DNA from: Acidobacteriota bacterium
GTDB taxonomy: Bacteria; Acidobacteriota; Blastocatellia; Pyrinomonadales; Pyrinomonadaceae
DNA length: 64,000 nt
Assembly (NCBI GenBank): GCA_043737915.1
Contig: JAYSZT010000001.1
Span: 5,289 to 69,288, forward strand
Reading direction: 5' to 3'
Part shown: one piece after another, positions 1 to 8,946 of the stretch
Numbering within the stretch: position 1 is the first letter of the stretch
Layout: every line of letters starts with the position of its first letter
Translations under genes and position numbers: made by a program
Notes under the pieces: model-generated
What the model saw: the letters and a program-made list of their open reading frames with translations, nothing else
Databases searched by the model: none
What the model was told of the DNA's origin: nothing

Positions 1-319
1 GAGCGTCAGTAACCTTGTCGGGAACATCCTGGATCTTGATAGGAATACGCTTTTCGATGGCGAACTCGGCGAGGATCGTTTCGCCGTCGTCGGCATAGAT
101 CGTCGTCACCTGCGGCGGACGATAGGTGGCAAGTGCCGAAACCTCGACCGAGTAGCGCGAGTTATTGAGGTAATACGATGCCAAAACGCCCGTCATCGCA
201 CCCGCCGATAGAGCGAGTAACATCGCCATCAACATTACGGTGATAGTCGAAAGACCGGCCTTTTTCGCGGGTTGTGACTCGACCTCGGTACTTCTCAATT
301 TCCTTTCATCTCTGGCCAT
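1..319 (-). CDS. Class A penicillin-binding protein (PBP1A-type), N-terminal fragment running off the window edge
   Basis: My own minus-strand translation from the ATG at 319-317 gives MARDERKLRSTEVESQPAKKAGLSTITVMLMAMLLALSAGAMTGVLASYYL...TIYADDGETILAEFAIEKRIPIKIQDVPDKVTDA. This is a short cytoplasmic tail, one TM helix and the beginning of a glycosyltransferase-type region. It starts 10 nt after the rodA stop. It is absent from the ORF track because it is truncated. Confidence 0.7.
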   Translation of the reverse strand, partial: MARDERKLRSTEVESQPAKKAGLSTITVMLMAMLLALSAGAMTGVLASYYLNNSRYSVEVSALATYRPPQVTTIYADDGETILAEFAIEKRIPIKIQDVPDKVTDA

Positions 320-329
320 CTTAAAACTC

Positions 330-1448
330 CTAATTAACAAAACGACGTAACCTAACACTAACCACAAAGCCGATCGCGATAAATGTAGAAAGCAGGGCGG
401 AGAGTCCCGCACTCATCAGCGGCAGCGGCACACCGATGACCGGCAGCACGCCAAGAGCCATTCCGACATTCATAAATATCTGGAACACCATTCCGCATAC
501 GACCGACATTATAACAAGCATTCCCGCCCGGTCAGAAGCCTGACGGGCACCGGCGATCATCCTCGAAAGTAAGATCGCGTACGCCAACAGAAGTGACACA
601 CAACCGATAAATCCTGTGTTCTCAGCTGTTACCGCAAAAATAAAGTCGGTCTGCGGCTCAGGCAAAAATTTCAGAACGCTCTGCGAAGTCTCGGTATCGC
701 CCTTGATGCCGGACAATTCGCCCTTGCCGACCGTGATAGTCGATTGGATCGTGTGATATCCATAACCTCGCGGATCTACCTGATCGGGGTTCGTGATGGC
801 GAGAATACGTTCCTGCTGATATTTCTTGATCTTACCCGACTGGACGCCCACGTACCACGCGGCCGGTACCATCACCGCCGCGGCGACCAAAGCCAGCACG
901 ACGTAACGAACCTTGATGCCCGAAAGGAAAAACATCGCCGCTAAGATCGGAAAATATGTGATCGCCTGACCGGCATCCGGTTCGAGCATGATCAGGCCGA
1001 CGGGTCCGGCGAAGATCGCACAGCCCACCAGGATCTCTTTTAGCTTGAGCGAATTGCCCTTCTTGTTGCCAAAGTATTTGGCGAGCATCAGAACGGTCGG
1101 GATCTTAACGAATTCGGACGGCTGAAACTGACCAACGATCGGTAATCTGACCCACGCCTTTTGCCCGTTCACCTGCACCCCAAGCGGTGTGAGCACGAGA
1201 ATAAGTAGTACGAGTCCGAAAATATAAAATAGGGGAGCCGAATCGATCAACCGCCGGTAATCAGTGAAACTGACGACGATAAATGCCACCAGCGCAATAA
1301 AGATACCAACTATTTGCTTCGTCCAGACGCTCTCGGTCGGCAGCGCATTGTGGATCTGCCAGACCCCGAACGCCGCAATAGCGATCGCCAGCAGAGCGGT
1401 CTGCCAGTCGAAATCGCGAAGGTCTTTTTTATCGAAGATTGCTGCCAC
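330..1448 (-). CDS. rodA: Peptidoglycan glycosyltransferase RodA (FtsW/RodA/SpoVE family)
   Basis: The 372-aa polytopic membrane protein has SEDS-like motifs (FQPSEFVKI, PEPQTDFIFA, PLPLMSAGLSA). It lies immediately downstream of PBP2, with a 1-nt overlap (TAGTG, GTG start). Confidence 0.9.
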   Translation of the reverse strand: MAAIFDKKDLRDFDWQTALLAIAIAAFGVWQIHNALPTESVWTKQIVGIFIALVAFIVVSFTDYRRLIDSAPLFYIFGLVLLILVLTPLGVQVNGQKAWVRLPIVGQFQPSEFVKIPTVLMLAKYFGNKKGNSLKLKEILVGCAIFAGPVGLIMLEPDAGQAITYFPILAAMFFLSGIKVRYVVLALVAAAVMVPAAWYVGVQSGKIKKYQQERILAITNPDQVDPRGYGYHTIQSTITVGKGELSGIKGDTETSQSVLKFLPEPQTDFIFAVTAENTGFIGCVSLLLAYAILLSRMIAGARQASDRAGMLVIMSVVCGMVFQIFMNVGMALGVLPVIGVPLPLMSAGLSALLSTFIAIGFVVSVRLRRFVN

Positions 1449-3340
1449 TACCTTACAGCGACCTCCTGCCCTTCGGCCTTCGGCGGCACTCGTTTTGCCA
1501 GATAGGTTTCGTACATTGCCTTAGCGACGGGAGCCGCATTCGAACCGCCGAATCCGGAGTTTTCGATCAAAACGATCACTGAAATTTCAGGTTTATACGC
1601 CGGTGCAAATGAAACGAACCACGCATGATCCTTGTCGTCTCCTGTATCCTTGCCGAGCGATGCGACCTGAGCGGTTCCGGTCTTACCGGCAATATCAAAA
1701 TCGGAAATCTTGATCGAACCGGCCGTACCGCCGCCGTTGACGACGCCCCACATTCCTTTCACCACGACGTCATATTGCTCGTCGGTCATCGGGATGATCT
1801 TCGGCTCGGGATGGTCAAAGCCGAACGACGGCCGGGCGGCAATAAAGTTCGCGTCGTCTTCAGGTCCGACGGCTCCGATCGATCTGAATTCACGCAGGAA
1901 ATGCGGCGTGTACATCTTCCCGTGAACACCAATGCTCGCGACCGCCCGAAGCATCGAGATCGGCGTGACGACAACCGTGTCCTGTCCGATCGATGCGTAA
2001 ACGGTACGAATATCGCTCCATTTGCCTTCGTTTTTGAGTATGTACGGCATCCAGGTTTTGGGCGTTTGCGGCACTTTTTCGTTCGGCAGATCGACGCCCG
2101 AGCGTTTATCGAAGCCATACGTCTCGATCATCTTTATCATTCCCTCGATGCCCATTTTTAGTCCCAGCCGGTAATAATAGCCGTCGCAGGATTTGGTGAT
2201 CGCAAAACTAAGCGGAGGCGAACCGTGGCTGCCCATGCAGCGGGTGAACTTATTTCCTATCGTGATTCCGCCGCCGCAAACGAGGTTTGAACGGGCGACC
2301 GTGATCGCTCCCTGTTCGAGGCCGGCCATCGATTCAGGTATTTTCCACGTGGATCCCGGCGGATAGCGGCCCTGGATCGCTCGGTTATAAAGCGGGCGTT
2401 TCTCGTCCTGCCAGTACGCCGCGATCTGTTTGCGTCCCTCGGGTGTCGAACTGCCGCGAACAAAAACGTTCGGGTCGAACGACGGGGCCGATGCCATCGC
2501 CATTATTTCTCCGTTATTCGGGTCCATCGCGATGACAGTTCCGCGTTTGGTCGACGAATTGGCGAGTTGCTCCTCGGCCTTCATCTGCAGGTCGTAGTCG
2601 ATGGTCGAAACGAGATCTTGCCCTGATTGCGGATCGACCTTTTCAACCTCTGCCTGAACGCGGCCGCGACTGTCGACGATCACTTTTCGGTATCCGGGCT
2701 TTCCGCGGAGAAATTCATCATAATATTGCTCGAGCCCGCCTTTGCCGACAACGTCGCCGGGACGGAAGCCCTTGGCTTTGACCTCAGGATCTTCGAGCTG
2801 TTTCGGGCTTATCTCACCGACATATCCGAGCACGTGAGCTAGCGATTCGCCGAGTGGATAGAATCGTTGCGGTTGCAGCTCGACGCGGAGCTCGGGAAAC
2901 TCGAGCGAATGCGATTCAACCCAAGATATATCCTGCATCCCGACATTTTCCTTCAGTACCATCGTCTCGAACTCGTTCTGCTTTTTGATCAAATTAAGGC
3001 GTTCGACGACAAACTGACGGTCCAGGCTGAGGCCATTGGCGTATTCGTCGACGCGCTCGTTCACCTTGATCGCTTTGAATCCCTCGTTCGATAGGACAAC
3101 GTTGTACGTCGGACGCGAATCGACGAGCAGTTTTCCGTTGCGGTCGAAGATCGCACCGCGCGGTGCCGGAATTGGAATCAAGCGAATGCGTTGGTTCTCG
3201 GCTCGTTCCGCGTAATAGTCGCCCTTGACGATCTGCAGGTAATAAAGCCGCGCACCCAAGAGAGCGAGCAGAAGAAACGCGAGTATTTGGATCGTTCCGA
3301 CGCGGGCACCCAGGTTTTGAACGTGATCGTTGATTTTCAT
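1448..3340 (-). CDS. mrdA: Penicillin-binding protein 2 (elongation transpeptidase)
   Basis: The 630-aa protein has an N-terminal TM helix and a PBP dimerisation region, plus transpeptidase motifs STWK (PGSTWKI), a plausible SxN-equivalent, and KTGT (AGKTGTAQV). It sits between mreD and rodA. Confidence 0.92.
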   Translation of the reverse strand: MKINDHVQNLGARVGTIQILAFLLLALLGARLYYLQIVKGDYYAERAENQRIRLIPIPAPRGAIFDRNGKLLVDSRPTYNVVLSNEGFKAIKVNERVDEYANGLSLDRQFVVERLNLIKKQNEFETMVLKENVGMQDISWVESHSLEFPELRVELQPQRFYPLGESLAHVLGYVGEISPKQLEDPEVKAKGFRPGDVVGKGGLEQYYDEFLRGKPGYRKVIVDSRGRVQAEVEKVDPQSGQDLVSTIDYDLQMKAEEQLANSSTKRGTVIAMDPNNGEIMAMASAPSFDPNVFVRGSSTPEGRKQIAAYWQDEKRPLYNRAIQGRYPPGSTWKIPESMAGLEQGAITVARSNLVCGGGITIGNKFTRCMGSHGSPPLSFAITKSCDGYYYRLGLKMGIEGMIKMIETYGFDKRSGVDLPNEKVPQTPKTWMPYILKNEGKWSDIRTVYASIGQDTVVVTPISMLRAVASIGVHGKMYTPHFLREFRSIGAVGPEDDANFIAARPSFGFDHPEPKIIPMTDEQYDVVVKGMWGVVNGGGTAGSIKISDFDIAGKTGTAQVASLGKDTGDDKDHAWFVSFAPAYKPEISVIVLIENSGFGGSNAAPVAKAMYETYLAKRVPPKAEGQEVAVR

Positions 3341-3349
3341 ACAGACTTT

Positions 3350-3895
3350 TTATTTGTTCAATCGAATAGGGTTGCGGCGGCGTGTCTGCCGTCGAGGGGA
3401 AAACATATCGCGTTTTTTTGGCTTCACGCGGCCGCCCGAAAAACTGTCGAGCACTAGGTAGATCAACGTGCCGCAGATCGTCGTACCGATGAGCGAGTAA
3501 GCCCCCACCACTATCAGGTCGCCTGACGGCGGCTGCCCGAGCAGACGATGAAGGCCAAAATAGATAAGACCGTTAAGCGCACTGGCACCAGCTATGACGG
3601 GTATCCTGAGCAATAAGTTGTCCAGGTAGACGCGCCGGGCGATCTCTGATACCGCAAAGGCGATGATCGTTTTTGTAAAGCCGTTCGCACCGAGCAGTCC
3701 GCCGCTCAAAGCGTCGACCGCGAGTCCGCCGATCGTGCCAAACAGAATCGCCCGTATTGAGTTTCGTTGCAGTGCGGCATAAACGACGATGATCAGCGGA
3801 AAGTCGATATACGCCAACGGCTCAAACGCGTTCCGCAGCGTCCATTGCAGCAGAATCGCGATGATCAGAGCTATTGTAAGTTTTACGCCTTCCAT
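3350..3895 (-). CDS. mreD: Rod shape-determining protein MreD
   Basis: This is a small polytopic membrane protein between mreC and mrdA. I use the internal ATG at 3895 (MEGVKLTIALII...). The longer track ORF (to 4039) would overlap the mreC 3' end and reads through a repeat-rich spacer as an Arg/Ser/Lys-rich segment. Confidence 0.75.
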   Translation of the reverse strand: MEGVKLTIALIIAILLQWTLRNAFEPLAYIDFPLIIVVYAALQRNSIRAILFGTIGGLAVDALSGGLLGANGFTKTIIAFAVSEIARRVYLDNLLLRIPVIAGASALNGLIYFGLHRLLGQPPSGDLIVVGAYSLIGTTICGTLIYLVLDSFSGGRVKPKKRDMFSPRRQTRRRNPIRLNK

Positions 3896-3902
3896 TAATA
3901 CC

Positions 3903-3950
3903 GTTTCGAGTTTCTGGTTTCTGGTTTCTACCTTCTGACTTCTACCTTCT
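3903..3950. repeat. Tandem heptamers (gtttcga gtttctg gtttctg gtttcta) followed by a duplicated 11-mer ttctaccttct, in the mreC-mreD spacer
   Basis: By direct reading, there are four GTTTCNN units at 3903-3930. The 11-mer TTCTACCTTCT occurs at 3926-3936 and 3940-3950. Confidence 0.8.
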
Positions 3951-3968
3951 CCCTTTTCCCTTGTGGAC

Positions 3969-4859
3969 CTACTTCTTGACCGCGTTCGGCAGCTTTTGTT
4001 CGAATACGGCTTTTGGCGGAGGTTCGTATAGGAGAACACCGACCTCCTGCATCGAATTCAGCCTCGCGGCCGGACGTATCTGGATCTGGTGCGGAGTCGT
4101 CGCCGAACCGGTCACGATGCTAACGATCTCGCCGACCTTTAAGCCCGGCGGAAAAATGCCGTCCTGCCCGGTGGTGAAAACCGTTTGCCCGACCTGCACG
4201 TCGATGCTGCCGGGAACGTATTTCATCTCCAGCAGATCTTTTTTGCTCGTGCCGACAATGACGCCGAGAGCACTCGATTCGCCGATCTCGCCGATGATGC
4301 CGCCGAGGCCCGATTTGCTGTAAGTGATCAGATCGACCTGAGCCGTCAGCGGACTGACCGCTGTCACACGGCCGACGAGGCCGCCGTCGGTCACGATCGG
4401 CATATTGAGCTGAACGCCGTCGAGGCTGCCGCGATTAATGATCGACGAATCGAACCAGACCGACGGATCACGGCCAATGATGCGGGCTGTCAGGATCTTG
4501 TATTTGCTGGTTTCTTTAAGCTGGAGCAGCGATTTTAGCCGCTCGTTTTCGTTTGCAAGATCAGATTTTAGCTTGACCTCGACCTCGAGCTCCTGTACCC
4601 GCTGGGTAAGCATGTCATTATCGGTCTTGGCCGATCGGAGAGACGAGATCGATGAGAAATAATTCGACACCGACGCAGCGATCGACGTCACCGGCGACTG
4701 CACAAAATCTGCTCCAGTCTGCGTCCACGTCCTGACGATGCGCTGTCCGGATGTACTGTCCCTGGCATCGAACGCCATCAGGATAAAGTTCATCAGGAGC
4801 AACGCGATCATCAACCACGGGGTCAATCGCCAAACTTCTTTTTGACTACGCTCAACCAT
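3969..4859 (-). CDS. mreC: Rod shape-determining protein MreC
   Basis: The 296-aa protein has an N-terminal TM helix, a coiled-coil segment (LTQRVQELEVEVKLKSDLANENERLKSLLQLKE) and a beta-rich C-terminal domain (GLVGRVTAVSP..., FPPGLKVGEIV). It sits between mreB and mreD. Confidence 0.9.
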   Translation of the reverse strand: MVERSQKEVWRLTPWLMIALLLMNFILMAFDARDSTSGQRIVRTWTQTGADFVQSPVTSIAASVSNYFSSISSLRSAKTDNDMLTQRVQELEVEVKLKSDLANENERLKSLLQLKETSKYKILTARIIGRDPSVWFDSSIINRGSLDGVQLNMPIVTDGGLVGRVTAVSPLTAQVDLITYSKSGLGGIIGEIGESSALGVIVGTSKKDLLEMKYVPGSIDVQVGQTVFTTGQDGIFPPGLKVGEIVSIVTGSATTPHQIQIRPAARLNSMQEVGVLLYEPPPKAVFEQKLPNAVKK

Positions 4860-4922
4860 TGTCGGTGGTCAGTTGTCGGTGGTCAGTTGCCGATATTGTC
4901 TTTTCTGACAAATGACCACCGA
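4860..4922. repeat. Two tandem copies of the 14-mer tgtcggtggtcagt plus one inverted partial copy (tgaccaccga), filling the mreB-mreC spacer
   Basis: By direct reading, the tandem copies are at 4860-4873 and 4874-4887. The inverted 10-mer at 4913-4922 is the exact reverse complement of tcggtggtca. Confidence 0.85.
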
Positions 4923-4931
4923 TTCGCTGTT

Positions 4932-5978
4932 CTAACTTCCTGTCATTAGTGAATTATCCCAACGAACGCGTTTGAGGAGTTCGAAATCAGACAACATTTT
5001 TCCGGTGCCGAGCACAACGGATGAGAGCGGATCGTCGGCGATGACGACCGGCAGCCCGGTTTCGATCATCAGACGTTTGTCGAGATTCTTGAGCAGTGCT
5101 CCGCCGCCGGTGAGAACGATCCCGCGTTCAATAATATCGGCGGAGAGTTCAGGCGGTGTGCGTTCGAGGGCGACGCGAACGGCATTGATGATCGTCGAGA
5201 TCGCGTCAGACAGTGCCTCGCGAACTTCCTCGTCGGTCATAGTGATGGTCTTGGGGATGCCCTCGATGAGGTTTCGGCCGCGAACGTCCATCGACAGCGG
5301 CTCTTCGAGCGGGAAGGCACTTCCAAGGGCGATCTTGATCGCCTCGGCGGTGCGTTCGCCGATCAGGAGATTATATTTGCGTTTGATGTATTGCGTGATC
5401 GCGTCGTCCATTTCGTTACCCGCGACCCGAACGGCTCGCGAATAAACTATGCCCGATAGCGAAATAACGGCGATATCGGTCGTGCCGCCGCCGATATCAA
5501 CGATCATATTGCCGTGCGGTTCGGTGATCGGCAGGCCGGCACCGATCGCAGCAGCCATCGCTTCCTCGACCAGATAAACCTCCGACGCTTTCGCACGATA
5601 TGCCGAATCCTCGACCGCTCGCCGCTCGACCTGTGTGATCTCGGACGGAATTCCAATGACCACTCGCGGCCGAACCCACGATTTACCGTTGTGAGCCTTG
5701 CGGATAAAATGCTGGAGCATTTTCTCCGTAACTTCGAAATTAGCGATAACGCCGTCCTTCATCGGACGGATCGCGACAATGTTGCCCGGCGTACGCCCCA
5801 GCATTTCCTTTGCGTCGCGGCCGACGGCCTCGACCTGATTTGTAATGCGGTTGATAGCGACGATCGACGGTTCCGAAACGACGATTCCGCGGCCTTTCGC
5901 ATATACCAGCGTATTCGCCGTACCGAGATCGATCGCCAGATCGCTTGAAAATAAACTAAATAAAGACTTAAATGCCAT
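4932..5978 (-). CDS. mreB: Rod shape-determining actin homologue MreB
   Basis: The 348-aa protein has canonical MreB sequence throughout ([43 protein letters not shown]). Confidence 0.97.
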   Translation of the reverse strand: MAFKSLFSLFSSDLAIDLGTANTLVYAKGRGIVVSEPSIVAINRITNQVEAVGRDAKEMLGRTPGNIVAIRPMKDGVIANFEVTEKMLQHFIRKAHNGKSWVRPRVVIGIPSEITQVERRAVEDSAYRAKASEVYLVEEAMAAAIGAGLPITEPHGNMIVDIGGGTTDIAVISLSGIVYSRAVRVAGNEMDDAITQYIKRKYNLLIGERTAEAIKIALGSAFPLEEPLSMDVRGRNLIEGIPKTITMTDEEVREALSDAISTIINAVRVALERTPPELSADIIERGIVLTGGGALLKNLDKRLMIETGLPVVIADDPLSSVVLGTGKMLSDFELLKRVRWDNSLMTGS

Positions 5979-6295
5979 TTTAATAAAAAACCCTAGCTAA
6001 TATTTATGTAATATAGAAATCATGCCGAACGGCCCGAAAATCGATCCGGTGAAAGTAAAACCAAACCAGCAAATAGGGATGCCGCAGACCAAAACGTCTA
6101 ACTTATAAGCATACACCTATCCAAAGCCAATTTTCTACTGTAAAAATGGATATTTAGCGGATTGTGGTGAATTTATTTCAAAGACCAAGATCGAGGTTCC
6201 GGAACGAGGTCAAGGCTAGCGTCAAACCTTGCTCCAGCCGATCTCTTCGTACACAGAATCACGATAAAACCGCGCCAAAATTGAGACCCGGAAAT

Positions 6296-7117
6296 ATGCT
6301 AATGAAAACACGACGCAAACTGATCTACGCAGGACTAATAGTACTCATCGCGGCCGTCAATAGCATCGCTCAGCAACGACTCTTGGTTGTTGGCGGTGGC
6401 AAGCGACCACCTGACGCAGTTAAGAAATTCGTTGAATGGGCGGGCGGTGAAAAGGCTCGGATCCTGGTAATAACGTGGGCAAGTGGCGTTCCGGATGAGA
6501 GCTTTGACGCGTTGAAGAAGGAGTTCAGGTCGCAAATGCCGTTTTCCGTCGACCATGCCGCGACGAGCCGGCTTGATACCGAAAAGCGAAAGCAATTTAT
6601 CGAACAGCTCAAACAAGCTAAAGCGATCTTCTTTGCCGGCGGCGATCAGAATCGAATAATGGATGTGCTCGCCGACGAAGAACTGCTAAAACTGCTTCGC
6701 GACAAATACGCATTCGGAACCCCGTTCGGCGGCACAAGCGCCGGTGCGGCCGTAATGTCCGATCCAATGATGACCGGCGAAGCCGATCTCAAAATACTGG
6801 ACGGAAAGCAGGTCGGCGTCCGCAAAGGTCTCGGACTCATCCAGAAAGTAATGTTCGATCAGCACTTTCTTGTTCGCCAACGGCACAATCGCCTATTCGG
6901 ATACATTATTGAAAACCCAACATATCTAGGCATCGGCATCGACGAAGACAACGCCGTCCTCATCGAAGACAACCGCAAACTGACCGTCACCGGAACAACT
7001 CAAGTAATGTTTGTTGATGCGAAAGATCGAAAGGGAGCGATGCTAGTTAATTTTCTAAAAGCAGGAGAACTTTTTGATCTGCACAAGCGGAAAAGGTCGA
7101 AGGTTTCATCAAACTGA
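6296..7117 (+). CDS. Secreted cyanophycinase-like peptidase (family S51)
   Basis: The sequence contains [32 protein letters not shown] and the nucleophile motif [18 protein letters not shown] signal-like N-terminus ([27 protein letters not shown]) follows if the ATG at 6296 is used. The track start at 6164 (GTG) would add an unlikely basic extension. Confidence 0.7.
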   Translation: MLMKTRRKLIYAGLIVLIAAVNSIAQQRLLVVGGGKRPPDAVKKFVEWAGGEKARILVITWASGVPDESFDALKKEFRSQMPFSVDHAATSRLDTEKRKQFIEQLKQAKAIFFAGGDQNRIMDVLADEELLKLLRDKYAFGTPFGGTSAGAAVMSDPMMTGEADLKILDGKQVGVRKGLGLIQKVMFDQHFLVRQRHNRLFGYIIENPTYLGIGIDEDNAVLIEDNRKLTVTGTTQVMFVDAKDRKGAMLVNFLKAGELFDLHKRKRSKVSSN

Positions 7118-8116
7118 CCGTTTCCTCGCCTGCGACTGGACAGCCGTGATCGCGATCGCATCGACTATATCGTCGGCCTTGCAACCGCGGGAGAGGTCGT
7201 TGCACGGGCGATCTAATCCTTGGAGGATCGGGCCGATGGCGGTGCCGCCGGTGAGGCGTTCGGTGAGTTTGTAGGCGATATTTCCGGCGTTGAGATCCGG
7301 GAAAATGAGAACGTTGGCGCGTCCGGCGACGGGTGAACCGGGAGCTTTTAAGTCGGCGATTGATTGAACGAGAGCAGCGTCGGCTTGGAGTTCGCCGTCG
7401 ATGTTGAGATCCGGCATCCGAACGCGAACGGTTTTAGTGGCCTCGATGATCTTGTCTAAAGATGGGTGTTTTGCACTTCCCTTCGTAGAAAAAGAGAGCA
7501 TCGCGACGCACGCTTCGACCTGCAATAAGGCCTTGCAAGAATCCGCCGATGCGATGGCGATCTCAGCGAGTTCGCCGGCGTCGGGATCGATGACGACACC
7601 GCAATCCGCGTAGATCATCGCTCCGCCGGCCCCAAACTTCTTATCCGGCACGACCATCAGAAAAAAGCTGGAAACGGTCTTCAGCCCTTCGCGAACGCCG
7701 ATACATCGCAGTGCCGCGGCGACGGTATGCGAAGTCGTATTCGTCGCACCTGCTACCGAACCGTCAGCCTTCCCTTCGCGAACCATCAAATTTCCAAAAT
7801 ATAGCGGATCTTTGACCGCCTGTTCCGCTTCCTCGAGCGTCACGCCTTTTGCTCGACGAATCTGATGATAGAGCGTTGCGAGTTTGCCAAATTCGCTTGA
7901 TCGCAGATGATCGAGCACTTCGACGCCGTTGAGATTCGCACCGGCATCTGACGCGATCGAACGCACCTTTTCCTCATTACCGAGGATCGTGATCTTCGCG
8001 ATACGCTCCGCGGAACAGATCGCCGCTGCCTGAACGGTCCGAATGTCTTCGCCCTCGGGCAAAATTATATGTTGAAGGTCCGCCGCCGCCCGCTGTCTGA
8101 TCTGCTGCAAAATCAT
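7109..8116 (-). CDS. pta: Phosphate acetyltransferase (short form)
   Basis: From the internal ATG at 8116 the protein begins [31 protein letters not shown], which is Pta-like. It also contains [30 protein letters not shown] and GPILQGL. Its 3' end overlaps the cyanophycinase-like gene by 9 nt (convergent). Confidence 0.88.
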   Translation of the reverse strand: MILQQIRQRAAADLQHIILPEGEDIRTVQAAAICSAERIAKITILGNEEKVRSIASDAGANLNGVEVLDHLRSSEFGKLATLYHQIRRAKGVTLEEAEQAVKDPLYFGNLMVREGKADGSVAGATNTTSHTVAAALRCIGVREGLKTVSSFFLMVVPDKKFGAGGAMIYADCGVVIDPDAGELAEIAIASADSCKALLQVEACVAMLSFSTKGSAKHPSLDKIIEATKTVRVRMPDLNIDGELQADAALVQSIADLKAPGSPVAGRANVLIFPDLNAGNIAYKLTERLTGGTAIGPILQGLDRPCNDLSRGCKADDIVDAIAITAVQSQARKRSV

Positions 8117-8123
8117 ATTTCTG

Positions 8124-8183
8124 TTGTCGGTTGTCAGTCGCCGGCTTGTTTTGAATCCAACAACTGACTTCTGACTACTGAAG
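8124..8183. repeat. Spacer upstream of pta carrying a 13/14 copy of the mreC-spacer 14-mer (tgtcggttgtcagt) and CTGAC-type heptamer words (caactgac ttctgac tactgaa)
   Basis: By direct reading, ttgtcggttgtcagt is at 8124-8138 and caactgacttctgactactgaag is at 8161-8183. The word cttctgac is also present at 3933-3940. Confidence 0.75.
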
Positions 8184-8264
8184 TTACCATACAACCAAGT
8201 TACGCGAAACTTGCTCTAATAACGGCTATTCAATACACTTTGAAAACACGAGCGAGGTAAAACT

Positions 8265-8786
8265 ATGAACGAGTCAAAAGCAAAACTGAAACGCCGCGAA
8301 AAATCGGAGATGAAAGGCCGAATGCACAACTTTCTGATGTTTCTGCCGAACATGGTGATGCTGCTCGGACGCCTGCTTAAGGATAATCGCGTCCCGATCG
8401 CCGAAAGGGCACTATTCGCCGCCGCGATCGTTTACGTCATCTCGCCGCTTGATTTTATTCCCGACATTTTCCCGTTCATTGGCCAGGTCGATGATCTGTA
8501 CGTGGTCGCACTCGTTTTGCTGAGGCTCGTTAACCGCTCCGACGAAACCGTCGTCCGCGAACACTGGTCCGGCGGCGGCGATATTATTGCCCTCGCCGAT
8601 TCGATCGCCGGGCTCGCTCCAAAGATCCTCCCAAAACGCATCTCCCGCGTCCTCACGGCCCGAGTCGAACTGGCCCCGGCCGGCCAAATTCTACGCAGCC
8701 TCTCAAACAAGAACGAAGCTATTGTTCAAGAAGTACCTGGCAGCGGCCGGATCGACCTCGACCCGATATCAACCTTGCCGAACTAA
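8265..8786 (+). CDS. DUF1232 (YkvA-like) membrane protein
   Basis: The motif AAIVYVISPLDFIPDIFPFIGQVDDLYVVALVL is characteristic of the DUF1232 family. Confidence 0.7.
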   Translation: MNESKAKLKRREKSEMKGRMHNFLMFLPNMVMLLGRLLKDNRVPIAERALFAAAIVYVISPLDFIPDIFPFIGQVDDLYVVALVLLRLVNRSDETVVREHWSGGGDIIALADSIAGLAPKILPKRISRVLTARVELAPAGQILRSLSNKNEAIVQEVPGSGRIDLDPISTLPN

Positions 8787-8946
8787 CCTGACGAAAAGAG
8801 GCAAAGATAATTACTTCTGGATTTCGAGCGGCTTTGCGAGTTTACTTGGCTGGTTCATTCGAAAATAATCTTGTATAAGTTAACGCCTCGTAACGGATTT
8901 TCGATATGATTACATTGTTCGGTCGATTCCGTTGGTCAGATAATCT

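Noticed and set aside
3896-4039. A long N-terminal extension of mreD overlapping the mreC 3' end
   Set aside because: The extension is a read-through of the tandem-repeat spacer (RSRSRSTREKGEGRSQKVETRNQK). The hydrophobic MreD body starts at the internal ATG at 3895.
8921-8940. The direct repeat GGTCGATTCCGTTGGTCAGA upstream of clpC, considered as a CtsR operator
   Set aside because: The CtsR consensus is a heptad direct repeat (A/GGTCAAA) separated by 3 nt. Here the spacing and half-site sequences do not fit, and CtsR is a Firmicute regulator.
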